NCBI GenBank assembly: GCA_964409765.1
Contig: CAYPEM010000007.1
Coordinates: 12,033 to 76,032, forward strand
DNA: 64,000 nucleotides
Reading direction: 5' to 3'
DNA from: an uncultured Chitinophagaceae bacterium
Lineage (GTDB): Bacteria; Bacteroidota; Ignavibacteria; UBA10030; UBA8401
Below are positions 40,612 through 49,911 of the stretch, in pieces; the stretch's first letter is position 1; each line of letters opens with the position of its first letter. Made by a program: the position numbers and the translations under genes. Under the pieces are notes generated by a model. The model was not told the origin of the DNA, made no database searches, and was given only the letters and a program-made list of their open reading frames with translations.

Positions 40612-41646
40612 ATGAACAATTTACAGAGTACAGAAGAAAAATATAGAATGCGAAAAGCTAAAATTATTGCAACAGGTCATTACGCACCGGAACGAGTCGT
40701 TCCCAATTCATACTTCAACGATCTTTATAATGAGGATGTTGATACCTTCCTGAAGGCAAATCGGAATATTTATGAGAGGCGGTATGCTTCTGATTCTCAA
40801 GTGACTTCCGATCTTGTCGTTGAAGCCGCTAAAAAAGCATTAACAGCTGCACAACTTCAACCGAAAGATTTAAACCTTATCATCGTAGCATCGGATACTC
40901 CGGATTACATCTCACCTTCAACAGCATCGGTCGTGCAATATAAACTTGGAGCGGTGAATGCCGGTACATTTGATATCAACACTGCGTGTGCAGGTTTTGT
41001 GACTGCCGTGGATGTTGCATCGAAATTCATTGTCAGCGATGACCAATATAAGTATGTGCTTGTGATCGGTGGTTATTTGATGAGTCGATATTTGGACTTT
41101 TCCGATAAGAAAATTGCAACATTATTTGCCGATGGTGCTGGTGCAGCAATTCTTGCTCCTTCCAATGACGATACAGGAGTTCTTCGAACGAAATTATTTA
41201 CCGACGGACAGTATCACGACTACATGGGAATTTATGGCGGAGGAACTGCAATCAAAATTACGGAACAAGCGATTGCCAACAAAGATCATTTGCTTCGGTT
41301 TGCAAAAAAAATTCCAATAGAAACTAATGCAACATACTGGCCTCGATTTATCAAAGAAGTTGCTGAAGGAATCCACCAACCAATCTCAGCTATTGATAAA
41401 TTCTTTTTTACACAGATCAATATCAATAGTATCAACCAAACTCTCGACACATTCAATTTGTCGCATGAAAAATCACATAATGTGATGAATAAATATGGAT
41501 ACACTGGAAGTGCTGCAATTGGAATGGCTTTATCTGATGCAGTAGAACATCACATTCTGAAAAAAAACGATTTAATTTTCCTTGTCGGTTCAGGCGGTGG
41601 AATGGCAATGGCAGTTTCGGCAATTCGTTGGGCTTATGATACTTAA
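40612..41646 (+). CDS. KAS III (FabH)-like thiolase-fold protein, retains Cys but lacks the catalytic His and Asn
   Basis: NTACAGF (Cys) and FADGAGAAIL are conserved. FFTQIN replaces PHQAN and GYTGSAA replaces GNTSAAS. Start at ATG 40612. Confidence 0.85.
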   Translation: MNNLQSTEEKYRMRKAKIIATGHYAPERVVPNSYFNDLYNEDVDTFLKANRNIYERRYASDSQVTSDLVVEAAKKALTAAQLQPKDLNLIIVASDTPDYISPSTASVVQYKLGAVNAGTFDINTACAGFVTAVDVASKFIVSDDQYKYVLVIGGYLMSRYLDFSDKKIATLFADGAGAAILAPSNDDTGVLRTKLFTDGQYHDYMGIYGGGTAIKITEQAIANKDHLLRFAKKIPIETNATYWPRFIKEVAEGIHQPISAIDKFFFTQININSINQTLDTFNLSHEKSHNVMNKYGYTGSAAIGMALSDAVEHHILKKNDLIFLVGSGGGMAMAVSAIRWAYDT

Positions 41647-41688
41647 TAGAATTTTTTCAAATATATGCTCTCATAAAACAGTTCAATT

Positions 41689-42915
41689 ATGGTGACAACA
41701 AAAAACAGAGGATTGATCCTGGCAGTAATCGCAGCTGCGCTTGGATACTTTGTCGATCTTTATGACATCGTATTGTTCGGTGTGGTACGAATCGCAAGTC
41801 TGAAGGATATCGGAATCGTAGGTGATGAGCTGATCTCTAAAGGAATATTGTTGTTGAATCTTCAGATGATAGGGATGTTGATTGGCGGAGTTGTCTGGGG
41901 GATCATCGGAGACAAACTCGGAAGAAAAGTTGCGTTGATTTCTACGATAGCATTGTATTCTTTAGCGAATATTTTGAATGGGTTCGTCACTGACATCAAC
42001 ACATATGCTGTTTTACGATTTATTGCCGGCTTTGGACTTGCTGGTGAACTTGGAGCAGGAATTACATTGGTCGCTGAAATTCTTCCCAAACAATTTCGAG
42101 GATACGGAACAACAGTCATTTCATTTCTCGGATTAGTTGGTGCGTTAACAGCTTCGTTTGTGGGAAGTTCTTATGATTGGCGGGTGGCGTACTTTGTAGG
42201 TGGGGCAATGGGTTTGCTTGTTCTTGCATTGAGAATTTTCGCACTTCGAGAATCTGAGATGTTTGAAGAGCAAAAAAAATCAACTCATAAACGGGGTGAC
42301 ATCCTTATCCTCTTTAAATCAAGAACTTTGATGCTGAAATTTTTAGCGGTGATTGCAGTCGGAATTCCGATCTGGTATGTTTCCGGAATTGTCATCACGT
42401 TCTCTCCGGAATTTGGTTCAGCACTTAATCTATCCAGAGCAATTACTGCTGCAGAGACATTAAAATGGCAGGCTATCGGTTTGGCGATAGGAAGCGGTTT
42501 GAGCGGAATTGTTAGCGAGATGATCAAGAATAGAAAGAAGGTTGTTTGGTTCTGTTTTATTCTTATGTCGATACTTACGGTTTATACTTTGAAAATGGTC
42601 AATGCCAGCGCAGATCTTTTTATGGTAGTGATCCTCGTAGTCGGACTCGGACAGGGATATTGGACAGTGTTTTTAACAATGGCAGCAGAGAATTTTGGAA
42701 CAAATATCCGCGCTACCGTTGCAACGTCGGTACCAAATTTTGTACGCTCGATGGTCGTTCCAATGTCGTTGTGGCTGAATGTGATCCGTCATGATGTCGG
42801 GCTCATCAACGGAGCATTGTTGATCGGTGGAATTGTTTTTACGGTTGCATCCATTTCGCTCTATTCATTAAAAGAAACGTATGGACAAGAGATCAATTAC
42901 ATAGATAAAGCCTAA
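41689..42915 (+). CDS. MFS transporter
   Basis: About 12 transmembrane segments; motif-A-like GDKLGRKV. Confidence 0.85.
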   Translation: MVTTKNRGLILAVIAAALGYFVDLYDIVLFGVVRIASLKDIGIVGDELISKGILLLNLQMIGMLIGGVVWGIIGDKLGRKVALISTIALYSLANILNGFVTDINTYAVLRFIAGFGLAGELGAGITLVAEILPKQFRGYGTTVISFLGLVGALTASFVGSSYDWRVAYFVGGAMGLLVLALRIFALRESEMFEEQKKSTHKRGDILILFKSRTLMLKFLAVIAVGIPIWYVSGIVITFSPEFGSALNLSRAITAAETLKWQAIGLAIGSGLSGIVSEMIKNRKKVVWFCFILMSILTVYTLKMVNASADLFMVVILVVGLGQGYWTVFLTMAAENFGTNIRATVATSVPNFVRSMVVPMSLWLNVIRHDVGLINGALLIGGIVFTVASISLYSLKETYGQEINYIDKA

Positions 42916-42932
42916 AGCATAAATTTAATTTC

Positions 42933-44483
42933 ATGAACGATATCAAGAATACTCATCATAATTCGATACGAACTCAATGGCTTGAACGATGGGCGCAGTA
43001 TTCCTCCTCCAAGATTGGAATATTGGACGATGATAACGGTATTTCATATTCGTATTCAGAAATGTATTCGATTGCAAACCGCATCTCACATTCTTTGCAA
43101 TATGAGTATGACATTCATCCTGGAGATCGTATTGCAGTATTATCGATGAATACGATCGAGTATCTTTTCCTCTATTTTGCAACGCAACAGATCGGTGCTA
43201 TACTTGTCCCTGTTAATTATCGTTTAGCGGCACGAGAAATCGAATTCATTTTGGAAGATTGCTCATCAAAATTATTGATCTATCAAGATGAATACCGTTT
43301 GGTACTATCGCACATATCTGAGAAAGTGTTGCCGAATAAACAATTGCTTATCCGCTCAAAAGATAGTCAGAGCCTTGCGGCAATCATCAGTAATAAATCC
43401 TTATCTGGCGAGAGAATTGAATTTACTCCGGCATTCACTGATCCATGTATGATCCTGTATACTTCCGGAACAACAGGAAAACCAAAAGGTGCACTGATCA
43501 CCAATGAAATGGTCTTTTGGAATTCGATCAATACCGAACTTCGTTTGAATATAACGAGCAATGATGTCACGCTTACTTTTGCCCCATTCTTTCATACCGG
43601 CGGATGGCATGTATTAACGACACCGTTCATTCACCATGGAGCGAAAATTATTTTCCTTCAATCATTCAATGCGGAACGGATCGTAGAATTATGTGATGCT
43701 GAAAAGGTGACCGTGTTATTCGGCGTGCCAACGATGATGAAGATGATGTCTGAAACAAAATCATTTCCATTAACCTCCTTTGAATCTGTCCGTTTTGCAA
43801 TCGTCGGTGGAGAACCGATGCCGATCCCGCAGATCGAGCTATGGCAAAAAAAAGGAGTTCCGATCCGACAAGGATTTGGTTTGACCGAAGTCGGCCCAAA
43901 TTGTTTCTCGCTTCCCGAAGAAGATGCAATTCGAAAAAAAGGCTCGATAGGTTTTCCAAACTTTTATATAGAGACAAAAATTGTCGACGATTCAGGGAAT
44001 GAAGTGGGAATGAATCAACCGGGAGAGCTGCTGATGAAATCTCCTGTTGTGACTCCTGGATACTGGAACAATGTGAAATCAACTGCCGATGCAATACACG
44101 ATGGCTGGTTCCATACGGGTGATATCGTACGAAAAGACGAAGAAGGGTATTATTACGTTGTTGATCGAAAGAAAGATATGTTCATCAGTGGGGCAGAAAA
44201 TGTTTATCCGGCGGAGATCGAACATTTACTCTATTCTAATCCTAACGTTGCAGAAGTTGCCGTCATTGGAGTACCGGATGCTCAATGGGGAGAAGTGGGA
44301 AAGGCATTCATCGTCTTAAAAAAAGAAATGTCAGTTTCAGCAGAGGAGATGAGAGAATTTTGTCTGGGTAAGATAGCGAAATTCAAGATCCCTAAATATT
44401 TCGAGTTCATTCAAGAGTTGCCAAAAGGACACAGCGGGAAAATATTAAAACGTGCTTTAAAAGATCTTCACCAATCACCATAA
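42933..44483 (+). CDS. AMP-forming acyl-CoA/acyl-ACP ligase (ANL superfamily)
   Basis: YTSGTTGKPKG, GEL, TGDIV and GKILKR motifs. Confidence 0.9.
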   Translation: MNDIKNTHHNSIRTQWLERWAQYSSSKIGILDDDNGISYSYSEMYSIANRISHSLQYEYDIHPGDRIAVLSMNTIEYLFLYFATQQIGAILVPVNYRLAAREIEFILEDCSSKLLIYQDEYRLVLSHISEKVLPNKQLLIRSKDSQSLAAIISNKSLSGERIEFTPAFTDPCMILYTSGTTGKPKGALITNEMVFWNSINTELRLNITSNDVTLTFAPFFHTGGWHVLTTPFIHHGAKIIFLQSFNAERIVELCDAEKVTVLFGVPTMMKMMSETKSFPLTSFESVRFAIVGGEPMPIPQIELWQKKGVPIRQGFGLTEVGPNCFSLPEEDAIRKKGSIGFPNFYIETKIVDDSGNEVGMNQPGELLMKSPVVTPGYWNNVKSTADAIHDGWFHTGDIVRKDEEGYYYVVDRKKDMFISGAENVYPAEIEHLLYSNPNVAEVAVIGVPDAQWGEVGKAFIVLKKEMSVSAEEMREFCLGKIAKFKIPKYFEFIQELPKGHSGKILKRALKDLHQSP

Positions 44484-44523
44484 TTCACAACATCACCAAC
44501 AATAAATTCCTTAAGGAGGATTT

Positions 44524-45060
44524 ATGAAAAAACAACTTCTGTTACTTGCTGCAATTGCACTGTTCATCGCTGTTGGATGTAAAAAAGAGGATGATGCTGT
44601 TGTTACACCAACAGCAACAGATCCGATCGTTGCCGTATGGGTTTCTGAGGGCTTGAATGTTCCATTCGGACTTCGCAGCGCACCATTTAAAGTGAAAAAG
44701 ATCGTTGCTACGTTCAATTCGAACAAATCGTACACCGTTGTTCAAACAGACAGCGCGAATGTCCAAACGACATTCACCGGAACCATCACCACAAATGAAT
44801 CTGCGAACACTGATACTGCATCTGCTTCGTTGACCAAAGGTGCAAAGATCAACAACATTGTTGCAAATCAAGCCACTCCTTCCGCTGTAACTTCGACTGG
44901 TATTTTTGCGATCAGCGGTGCAAATATGACCTATGAGATCATACAGACCACCCCTGCATTGGCAGGAGTTTCAGCTCCGACAGCAGCCGGTGGTTTTGGC
45001 AGCACAACAATTGCAGGAGTAAAGTATTCTATCTATGTTCAAAAATATGTAAAGCAATAA
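44524..45060 (+). CDS. Lipoprotein of unknown function
   Basis: Lipobox LFIAVGC, T/A/S-rich mature part, AAGGAGG ribosome-binding site. Confidence 0.6.
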   Translation: MKKQLLLLAAIALFIAVGCKKEDDAVVTPTATDPIVAVWVSEGLNVPFGLRSAPFKVKKIVATFNSNKSYTVVQTDSANVQTTFTGTITTNESANTDTASASLTKGAKINNIVANQATPSAVTSTGIFAISGANMTYEIIQTTPALAGVSAPTAAGGFGSTTIAGVKYSIYVQKYVKQ

Positions 45061-45070
45061 TTTTCCATTC

Positions 45071-45103
45071 AAACCCGTGAGATTCTAAAGATCTCACGGG
45101 TTT
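45071..45103 (+). terminator. 13-bp hairpin between the lipoprotein and OMP genes (terminator or attenuator)
   Basis: AAACCCGTGAGAT-TCTAAAG-ATCTCACGGGTTT with only a weak T-tail. Confidence 0.55.
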
Positions 45104-45122
45104 CTTATTAAAGGAAGAAGTT

Positions 45123-46697
45123 ATGAAAACTTCAAAGTTCCTAATCCAAAGTTCAATACTATTCATATTAAGTCTTACATTATTTGCACAGGATAGTTCA
45201 TCGTTCTTTGACCGATCAAAGCGAATATCAGACCCAAAACCACAGGAGTTCCGATTTATCGGTTACTGGTTTACCCGTGGTACAGCATCAGATGTTGCGC
45301 CAACCAATGAGTTATTACGAGGACAGATTATCGGACGATTGTTTGGACCGAACACTACAAATACATCTGCCAAAACATCATCATTCGTTGAACAGCGGTT
45401 TGTTCCTATGTTCATTTATTCACCATCGATTCTTGATGGCGTTGCCACATTTCGAAGCTTATTTAAGATTGATATGACGTGGGGGGATGCTTCGTATGGA
45501 ACTGGAGGAAATGTTGGAGGAGGTATCAATGCCGGGCAAGTAAATTTGCAAACGCTTCTTGCCAATGTAGATATACATCCGACAGACGCACAATGGAATG
45601 TAGTGATTGGATTACAAAGAATATTTGATAATGTGCGTGATCCTAATGTGTCAGCAGTGAGTACGGCGCAGACAAGCGGATACAAACTCGCTTATTTTGG
45701 TACGCAGGGAGTTGGTATCAGTGTGTTTGGTTATTTAAATAAGGAAATACAAATGCGGGCGGGATATTATCAGTTGTATGAGAATACAATTCAAGAAGAT
45801 GATGATGTTGCATTATGGATGTTTGATGTTGAATCGCGAGTTACTGATAGATTAGAACTTGGAGCAGATGCATGGTTTACTTGGGATCGGGGAAAGAACG
45901 GCGGAGGAATTTCAGTTTTGGGTCAAGGGTTGAATAGCACTCTCGCGGAGTATAATGGTGCAACACGATTAAGTTTTCCATCATCTAAATATGAAGCGAA
46001 CATCGGCTGGCTTGGTTCACACGCGTCATATAATCGAGACTTTGCTACAGGTCGATGGTGGGCTGATGCTTTTGTGATGGCAAATATCGGAACGATTGAC
46101 ACTGTTGGTGCGTCAGGCAAAAAATATTATGCGGATATTTTTGGCGTTGCGGCAAATGGTTCCGTTAATTATAAGTATGGACAAACTGTAAATGATCGAA
46201 TAACATTTGAAGCAATATATACGACCGGTGATAAGAATGGCGCGGCCGATAAAACGGTAAATAGTGTTATTACGGGAAACGTCTATGGTTCGCCGACTGC
46301 AATTTATAGTAATCATAGAGCGTTGTTACTTTTTCCAGATGCAAAAGTAGTTAATAGATATTATTCAAGTGTGCACGATATTTCTAATATGGGACTTGGA
46401 GTCACAGGAATATTTCTTAATGCTTCCCATGATCTTGTCCCAAATAAAATCATGATAAAAGTTGGCGGTGCAACCGCTCTTTCAAATATGGCACCGACAG
46501 GAGGTGGAAACTTAGTCGGCACAGAAGTTAATGTTGAAGCTCAATATACCTATAAGGTTTTTCTTACATTCGGCGCCAGTGCTGGTTATTTGAAACTCGG
46601 TGATTTTTACGACAGTCCGGCAGTAACATATAATAATTCACGCCCCTCTCATGATCCGTGGGTATTTTTTCTCAATATGATGTGGTTAATGTTCTAA
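45123..46697 (+). CDS. Putative outer-membrane beta-barrel protein (porin/uptake-channel-like), family unknown
   Basis: Signal peptide ..LTLFAQ, abundant aromatic-girdle/G-rich strands, C-terminal aromatic MMWLMF beta-signal. Confidence 0.55.
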   Translation: MKTSKFLIQSSILFILSLTLFAQDSSSFFDRSKRISDPKPQEFRFIGYWFTRGTASDVAPTNELLRGQIIGRLFGPNTTNTSAKTSSFVEQRFVPMFIYSPSILDGVATFRSLFKIDMTWGDASYGTGGNVGGGINAGQVNLQTLLANVDIHPTDAQWNVVIGLQRIFDNVRDPNVSAVSTAQTSGYKLAYFGTQGVGISVFGYLNKEIQMRAGYYQLYENTIQEDDDVALWMFDVESRVTDRLELGADAWFTWDRGKNGGGISVLGQGLNSTLAEYNGATRLSFPSSKYEANIGWLGSHASYNRDFATGRWWADAFVMANIGTIDTVGASGKKYYADIFGVAANGSVNYKYGQTVNDRITFEAIYTTGDKNGAADKTVNSVITGNVYGSPTAIYSNHRALLLFPDAKVVNRYYSSVHDISNMGLGVTGIFLNASHDLVPNKIMIKVGGATALSNMAPTGGGNLVGTEVNVEAQYTYKVFLTFGASAGYLKLGDFYDSPAVTYNNSRPSHDPWVFFLNMMWLMF

Positions 46698-46710
46698 GAA
46701 AGGAGTGCAT

Positions 46711-47655
46711 ATGAAAAAGTCATTATTATTTTTAGTTACTCTTTTCTTCATTGGATGTTCAGGAGGTTTTGTGTACAAAGAGTCGCCGGCATTAGAATTT
46801 TCGGATTTTGATTACGGATTCAAATCAAATAGTGTACATGTCAATGGGATCAACATCAGCTACATCGATGAAGGGAAGGGAGAGCAGACAATTATTCTTG
46901 TTCATGGTCTTGCTAGTAACGGAGGTTTTTGGCGGTACAATATTGCAGAGCTTTCAAAACACTGTCGAGTGATCGCTGTTGATCTTCCGGGATATGGAAA
47001 ATCAGATAAAGGAGTTTATCCTTTCACAATGTCCTTCTACGCTGATATCATCAGCGGATTACTGACTCAATTGAACATTTCTAAAGTTGTCTATGTTGGT
47101 CATTCAATGGGGGGACAAATTGGGATTCATTTCTCTTTCCGACACAAAGATCAAATGGATAAACTAATCCTTGTTGCTCCTGCTGGCATTGAACCATTCA
47201 CACGAGGTGATGGCGATTGGTTGAAGAGTGTGATGACGATCGATTTTGTAAAGAAAACTCCTGAGGATAGAATCCGCGCAAATCTAGCGCTAAATTTCTA
47301 TTCGTACGATGATAAATATGAATGGATGGTTGAGGAGCGTACACGAATGGCAAAGGCAAAAGATTTTGAAGATTTTTGTTATGCTGTGATACGTTCAGTA
47401 CATGGGATGCTGGACGAACCAACGACAAAAAGATTGAAAGATATTACCGTTCCGACTCATGTTATTTTTGGAAAGAATGATGGCCTCATTCCTAACCCAA
47501 TTTTGCACGGAGGATCATCACGTGAAATCGCAAAAATTGCAGAAGAATCTATACCAAATGTTACTGTGACATTTATATCAGACGCCGGGCATATGGTGCA
47601 AATGGAAAAATCTTCCGAAGTAAATAATGCGATTTTACGAATATTACGGCGTTAA
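46711..47655 (+). CDS. Alpha/beta hydrolase, probably a lipoprotein
   Basis: Lipobox LFFIGC, HGLASNG, nucleophile elbow GHSMGG, C-terminal DAGHMV. AAAGGAG lies 5 nt before ATG 46711. Confidence 0.85.
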   Translation: MKKSLLFLVTLFFIGCSGGFVYKESPALEFSDFDYGFKSNSVHVNGINISYIDEGKGEQTIILVHGLASNGGFWRYNIAELSKHCRVIAVDLPGYGKSDKGVYPFTMSFYADIISGLLTQLNISKVVYVGHSMGGQIGIHFSFRHKDQMDKLILVAPAGIEPFTRGDGDWLKSVMTIDFVKKTPEDRIRANLALNFYSYDDKYEWMVEERTRMAKAKDFEDFCYAVIRSVHGMLDEPTTKRLKDITVPTHVIFGKNDGLIPNPILHGGSSREIAKIAEESIPNVTVTFISDAGHMVQMEKSSEVNNAILRILRR

Positions 47656-47685
47656 TTAACTCAACGGTTCAACTGAATTTATTTT

Positions 47686-47719
47686 AAAAACTGCCGATAA
47701 TATTATAACGGCAGTTTTT
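47686..47719 (+). terminator. Rho-independent terminator
   Basis: AAAAACTGCCG / CGGCAGTTTTT stem with a 12-nt AT loop. Confidence 0.8.
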
Positions 47720-47799
47720 CTATTTCCTCCTTTCTGGATACTTTTTCTCAATAAGGAATTTTGTATCTTTCTTTGAAGAAAATGAGAGGAGTAAGAATC

Positions 47800-48828
47800 A
47801 TGAACAACCAATTACCGGTTACTTCGAAACAATTTGAAGTAGTGAAGAGTATTGAAGGATTTGTTGAAGAGAATCTTTCGAAGTTGTTAAAACCGATTTC
47901 GGAAAGCTGGCAGCCGAATGATCTACTTCCGGATATGCGTGCGGAAAATTGGCGTGAACAGATCACTGAATTTCGCCAGCGTGCAAAAGAGTTAACCGAT
48001 GAAGTTCTGGTTGTTCTTGTTGGTGATATGGTAACGGAAGAGGCCTTGCCAAGTTACCAGACCTGGCTCAATAGATTTGATGGGATTAAAGATCTAACCG
48101 GAGACAGTCCGTCGCCATGGGCTAAATGGAGCCGAGGATGGACTGCTGAAGAAAATCGTCATGGCGATCTGTTGAATAAATACTTGTATCTTACCGGTCG
48201 TGTGGATATGCGGTCGGTGGAAACCACTGTCCATCATCTGATCACGAACGGGTTTAATACTAATTCCGGAAACGATCCGTATCTGGGATTTATTTATACA
48301 TCCTTTCAAGAACGTGCAACAAAAATATCTCATCGTAATGTCGGAATCCTTGCCAAGCGTTGCGGCGACGAACATCTCCATAAGATCTGCGGATTGATCG
48401 CTGGAGATGAAGCACGACATGAAAAAGCGTATAAACTTTTTATGTCAAAAATATTCGAAGTAGATCCGGGGAATGCCGTATTGGCATTCGCCAATATGAT
48501 GAAGAACAAAGTAACGATGCCGGCAAGTTTAATGAGTGACGGTAAAGATCATGATATCTTTTCCAAGTTCTCCAATGTGGCGCAACGAATTGGAGTCTAT
48601 ACGGCAAAAGATTATGCAAGTATCATTGCGGCATTAGTTGAAGAATGGAAAGTCGAAACCCTCAGCGGTCTTTCCGATGTATCGGCAAAAGCTCAGGATT
48701 ATTTAAGTACGCTTTCTCAACGATACGAAAAAGTTGCAGAGCGTTTAACGATCACCGGTTCACCAAAGTTCAGCTGGATCTTCGATCGTGAAATTGTGCT
48801 TGATACACCTAAAATTCAAATGATATAG
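47800..48828 (+). CDS. Soluble acyl-ACP desaturase (di-iron, plant/actinobacterial type)
   Basis: Both di-iron motifs are intact: TAEENRHGDLL and AGDEARHEKAY. Start at ATG 47800, preceded by GAGAGGAG. Confidence 0.85.
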   Translation: MNNQLPVTSKQFEVVKSIEGFVEENLSKLLKPISESWQPNDLLPDMRAENWREQITEFRQRAKELTDEVLVVLVGDMVTEEALPSYQTWLNRFDGIKDLTGDSPSPWAKWSRGWTAEENRHGDLLNKYLYLTGRVDMRSVETTVHHLITNGFNTNSGNDPYLGFIYTSFQERATKISHRNVGILAKRCGDEHLHKICGLIAGDEARHEKAYKLFMSKIFEVDPGNAVLAFANMMKNKVTMPASLMSDGKDHDIFSKFSNVAQRIGVYTAKDYASIIAALVEEWKVETLSGLSDVSAKAQDYLSTLSQRYEKVAERLTITGSPKFSWIFDREIVLDTPKIQMI

Positions 48829-48839
48829 TTTCGAGAACT

Positions 48840-49043
48840 ATGAATTCAGTTGAAAAAACAAATTCTATTTGCCCGAAATGTAATTCGACATTTGAATGCG
48901 GTATTTCCACAGGAAATAATTCTTGCTGGTGTTTTGCTCATCAAGCACTTTTATCGTCCAAGTATGGTGATCGATGTTTTTGTGAACACTGTCTTACAGA
49001 GTTAATAGAACAACAAAATGTGCGGGAAGAGAAATTAAACTAA
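48840..49043 (+). CDS. Cysteine-rich CWC-family small protein
   Basis: CPKCNSTFEC...SCWCF...CFCEHC pattern; 67 aa. Confidence 0.7.
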   Translation: MNSVEKTNSICPKCNSTFECGISTGNNSCWCFAHQALLSSKYGDRCFCEHCLTELIEQQNVREEKLN

Positions 49044-49059
49044 TTGTTATTTGATACCT

Positions 49060-49425
49060 ATGAAAAAAGCTCTTGTTGTTGACGATTCTGAGGCGAACAG
49101 AATGCTTCTAGGTGCATTTCTCACCAAATTAAATCTATCGGTTGAGTATGCTGAAGATGGGGATGAAGCGGTTCATAAATTTCTTCAACTGCAGCCCGAC
49201 GTTGTCTTTATCGATCAAATTATGCCCACGAAAAATGGGGCAATTGCTTTGCGAGAGATGAAAAACAACAATGAAGACTTCATTGGATTTTTGATGTCCT
49301 CATATACAGACCGGGACCAAATAAAAAAGATTGTTGAAGAATCTCATGCGCAAGAATTTGTCCCAAAACCGATTGTTTTTGAAACCATACAAATATTGAT
49401 GAAGAAGTATCGTATCATTCCATAA
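49060..49425 (+). CDS. Single-domain CheY-like response regulator (REC0)
   Basis: VVDDS, phosphoacceptor VFIDQIMP, LMSS, and FVPKP (Lys-Pro with an aromatic residue at -3). Confidence 0.85.
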   Translation: MKKALVVDDSEANRMLLGAFLTKLNLSVEYAEDGDEAVHKFLQLQPDVVFIDQIMPTKNGAIALREMKNNNEDFIGFLMSSYTDRDQIKKIVEESHAQEFVPKPIVFETIQILMKKYRIIP

Positions 49426-49486
49426 TTTGAAATTCACAGATCAAAAAAAATAATAAGGCCTTTAAAAAAGCAAACCAGATTCTTTC

Positions 49487-49515
49487 TTGCTTAACATCCC
49501 TTTTATTCATACTAT
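49487..49515 (+). promoter_or_regulatory. Weak sigma-70-like promoter candidate ahead of REC1
   Basis: TTGCTT, 17-nt spacer, TACTAT. Confidence 0.3.
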
Positions 49516-49545
49516 CTGCACACAATTTCATATTTAGATATATCC

Positions 49546-49911
49546 ATGAAAAAAGCACTAATTGTTGATGATTCTGCATATAACAGAACTTTGCTGAATG
49601 CCATTCTTCGGAAAAAAGGGTTGATAGTTGAAACCTCTGATAATGGGGAAGATGCAGTGACAAAATTCACCGCCGGACAACCCGATATCGTTTTTTTGGA
49701 TTATATTATGCCAAAAAAATCAGGAATTGAAGCACTGGCAGAGATGAAAAAAATTAAACCGGAATTTATCGGCATTATGCTGACTTCAATTTCCGGAGCT
49801 GAGGATGTTCAAGCAGCAAAAGCAGCTGGAGCAAATGGTTATATATTAAAACCGTATGAAGCAGAAAAAATCTATGAAGTGTTAAGAAAACATCATCTCA
49901 TTGAAGAATAA
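49546..49911 (+). CDS. Single-domain CheY-like response regulator (REC1)
   Basis: IVDDS, VFLDYIMP, MLTS and GYILKPY motifs. Confidence 0.9.
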   Translation: MKKALIVDDSAYNRTLLNAILRKKGLIVETSDNGEDAVTKFTAGQPDIVFLDYIMPKKSGIEALAEMKKIKPEFIGIMLTSISGAEDVQAAKAAGANGYILKPYEAEKIYEVLRKHHLIEE

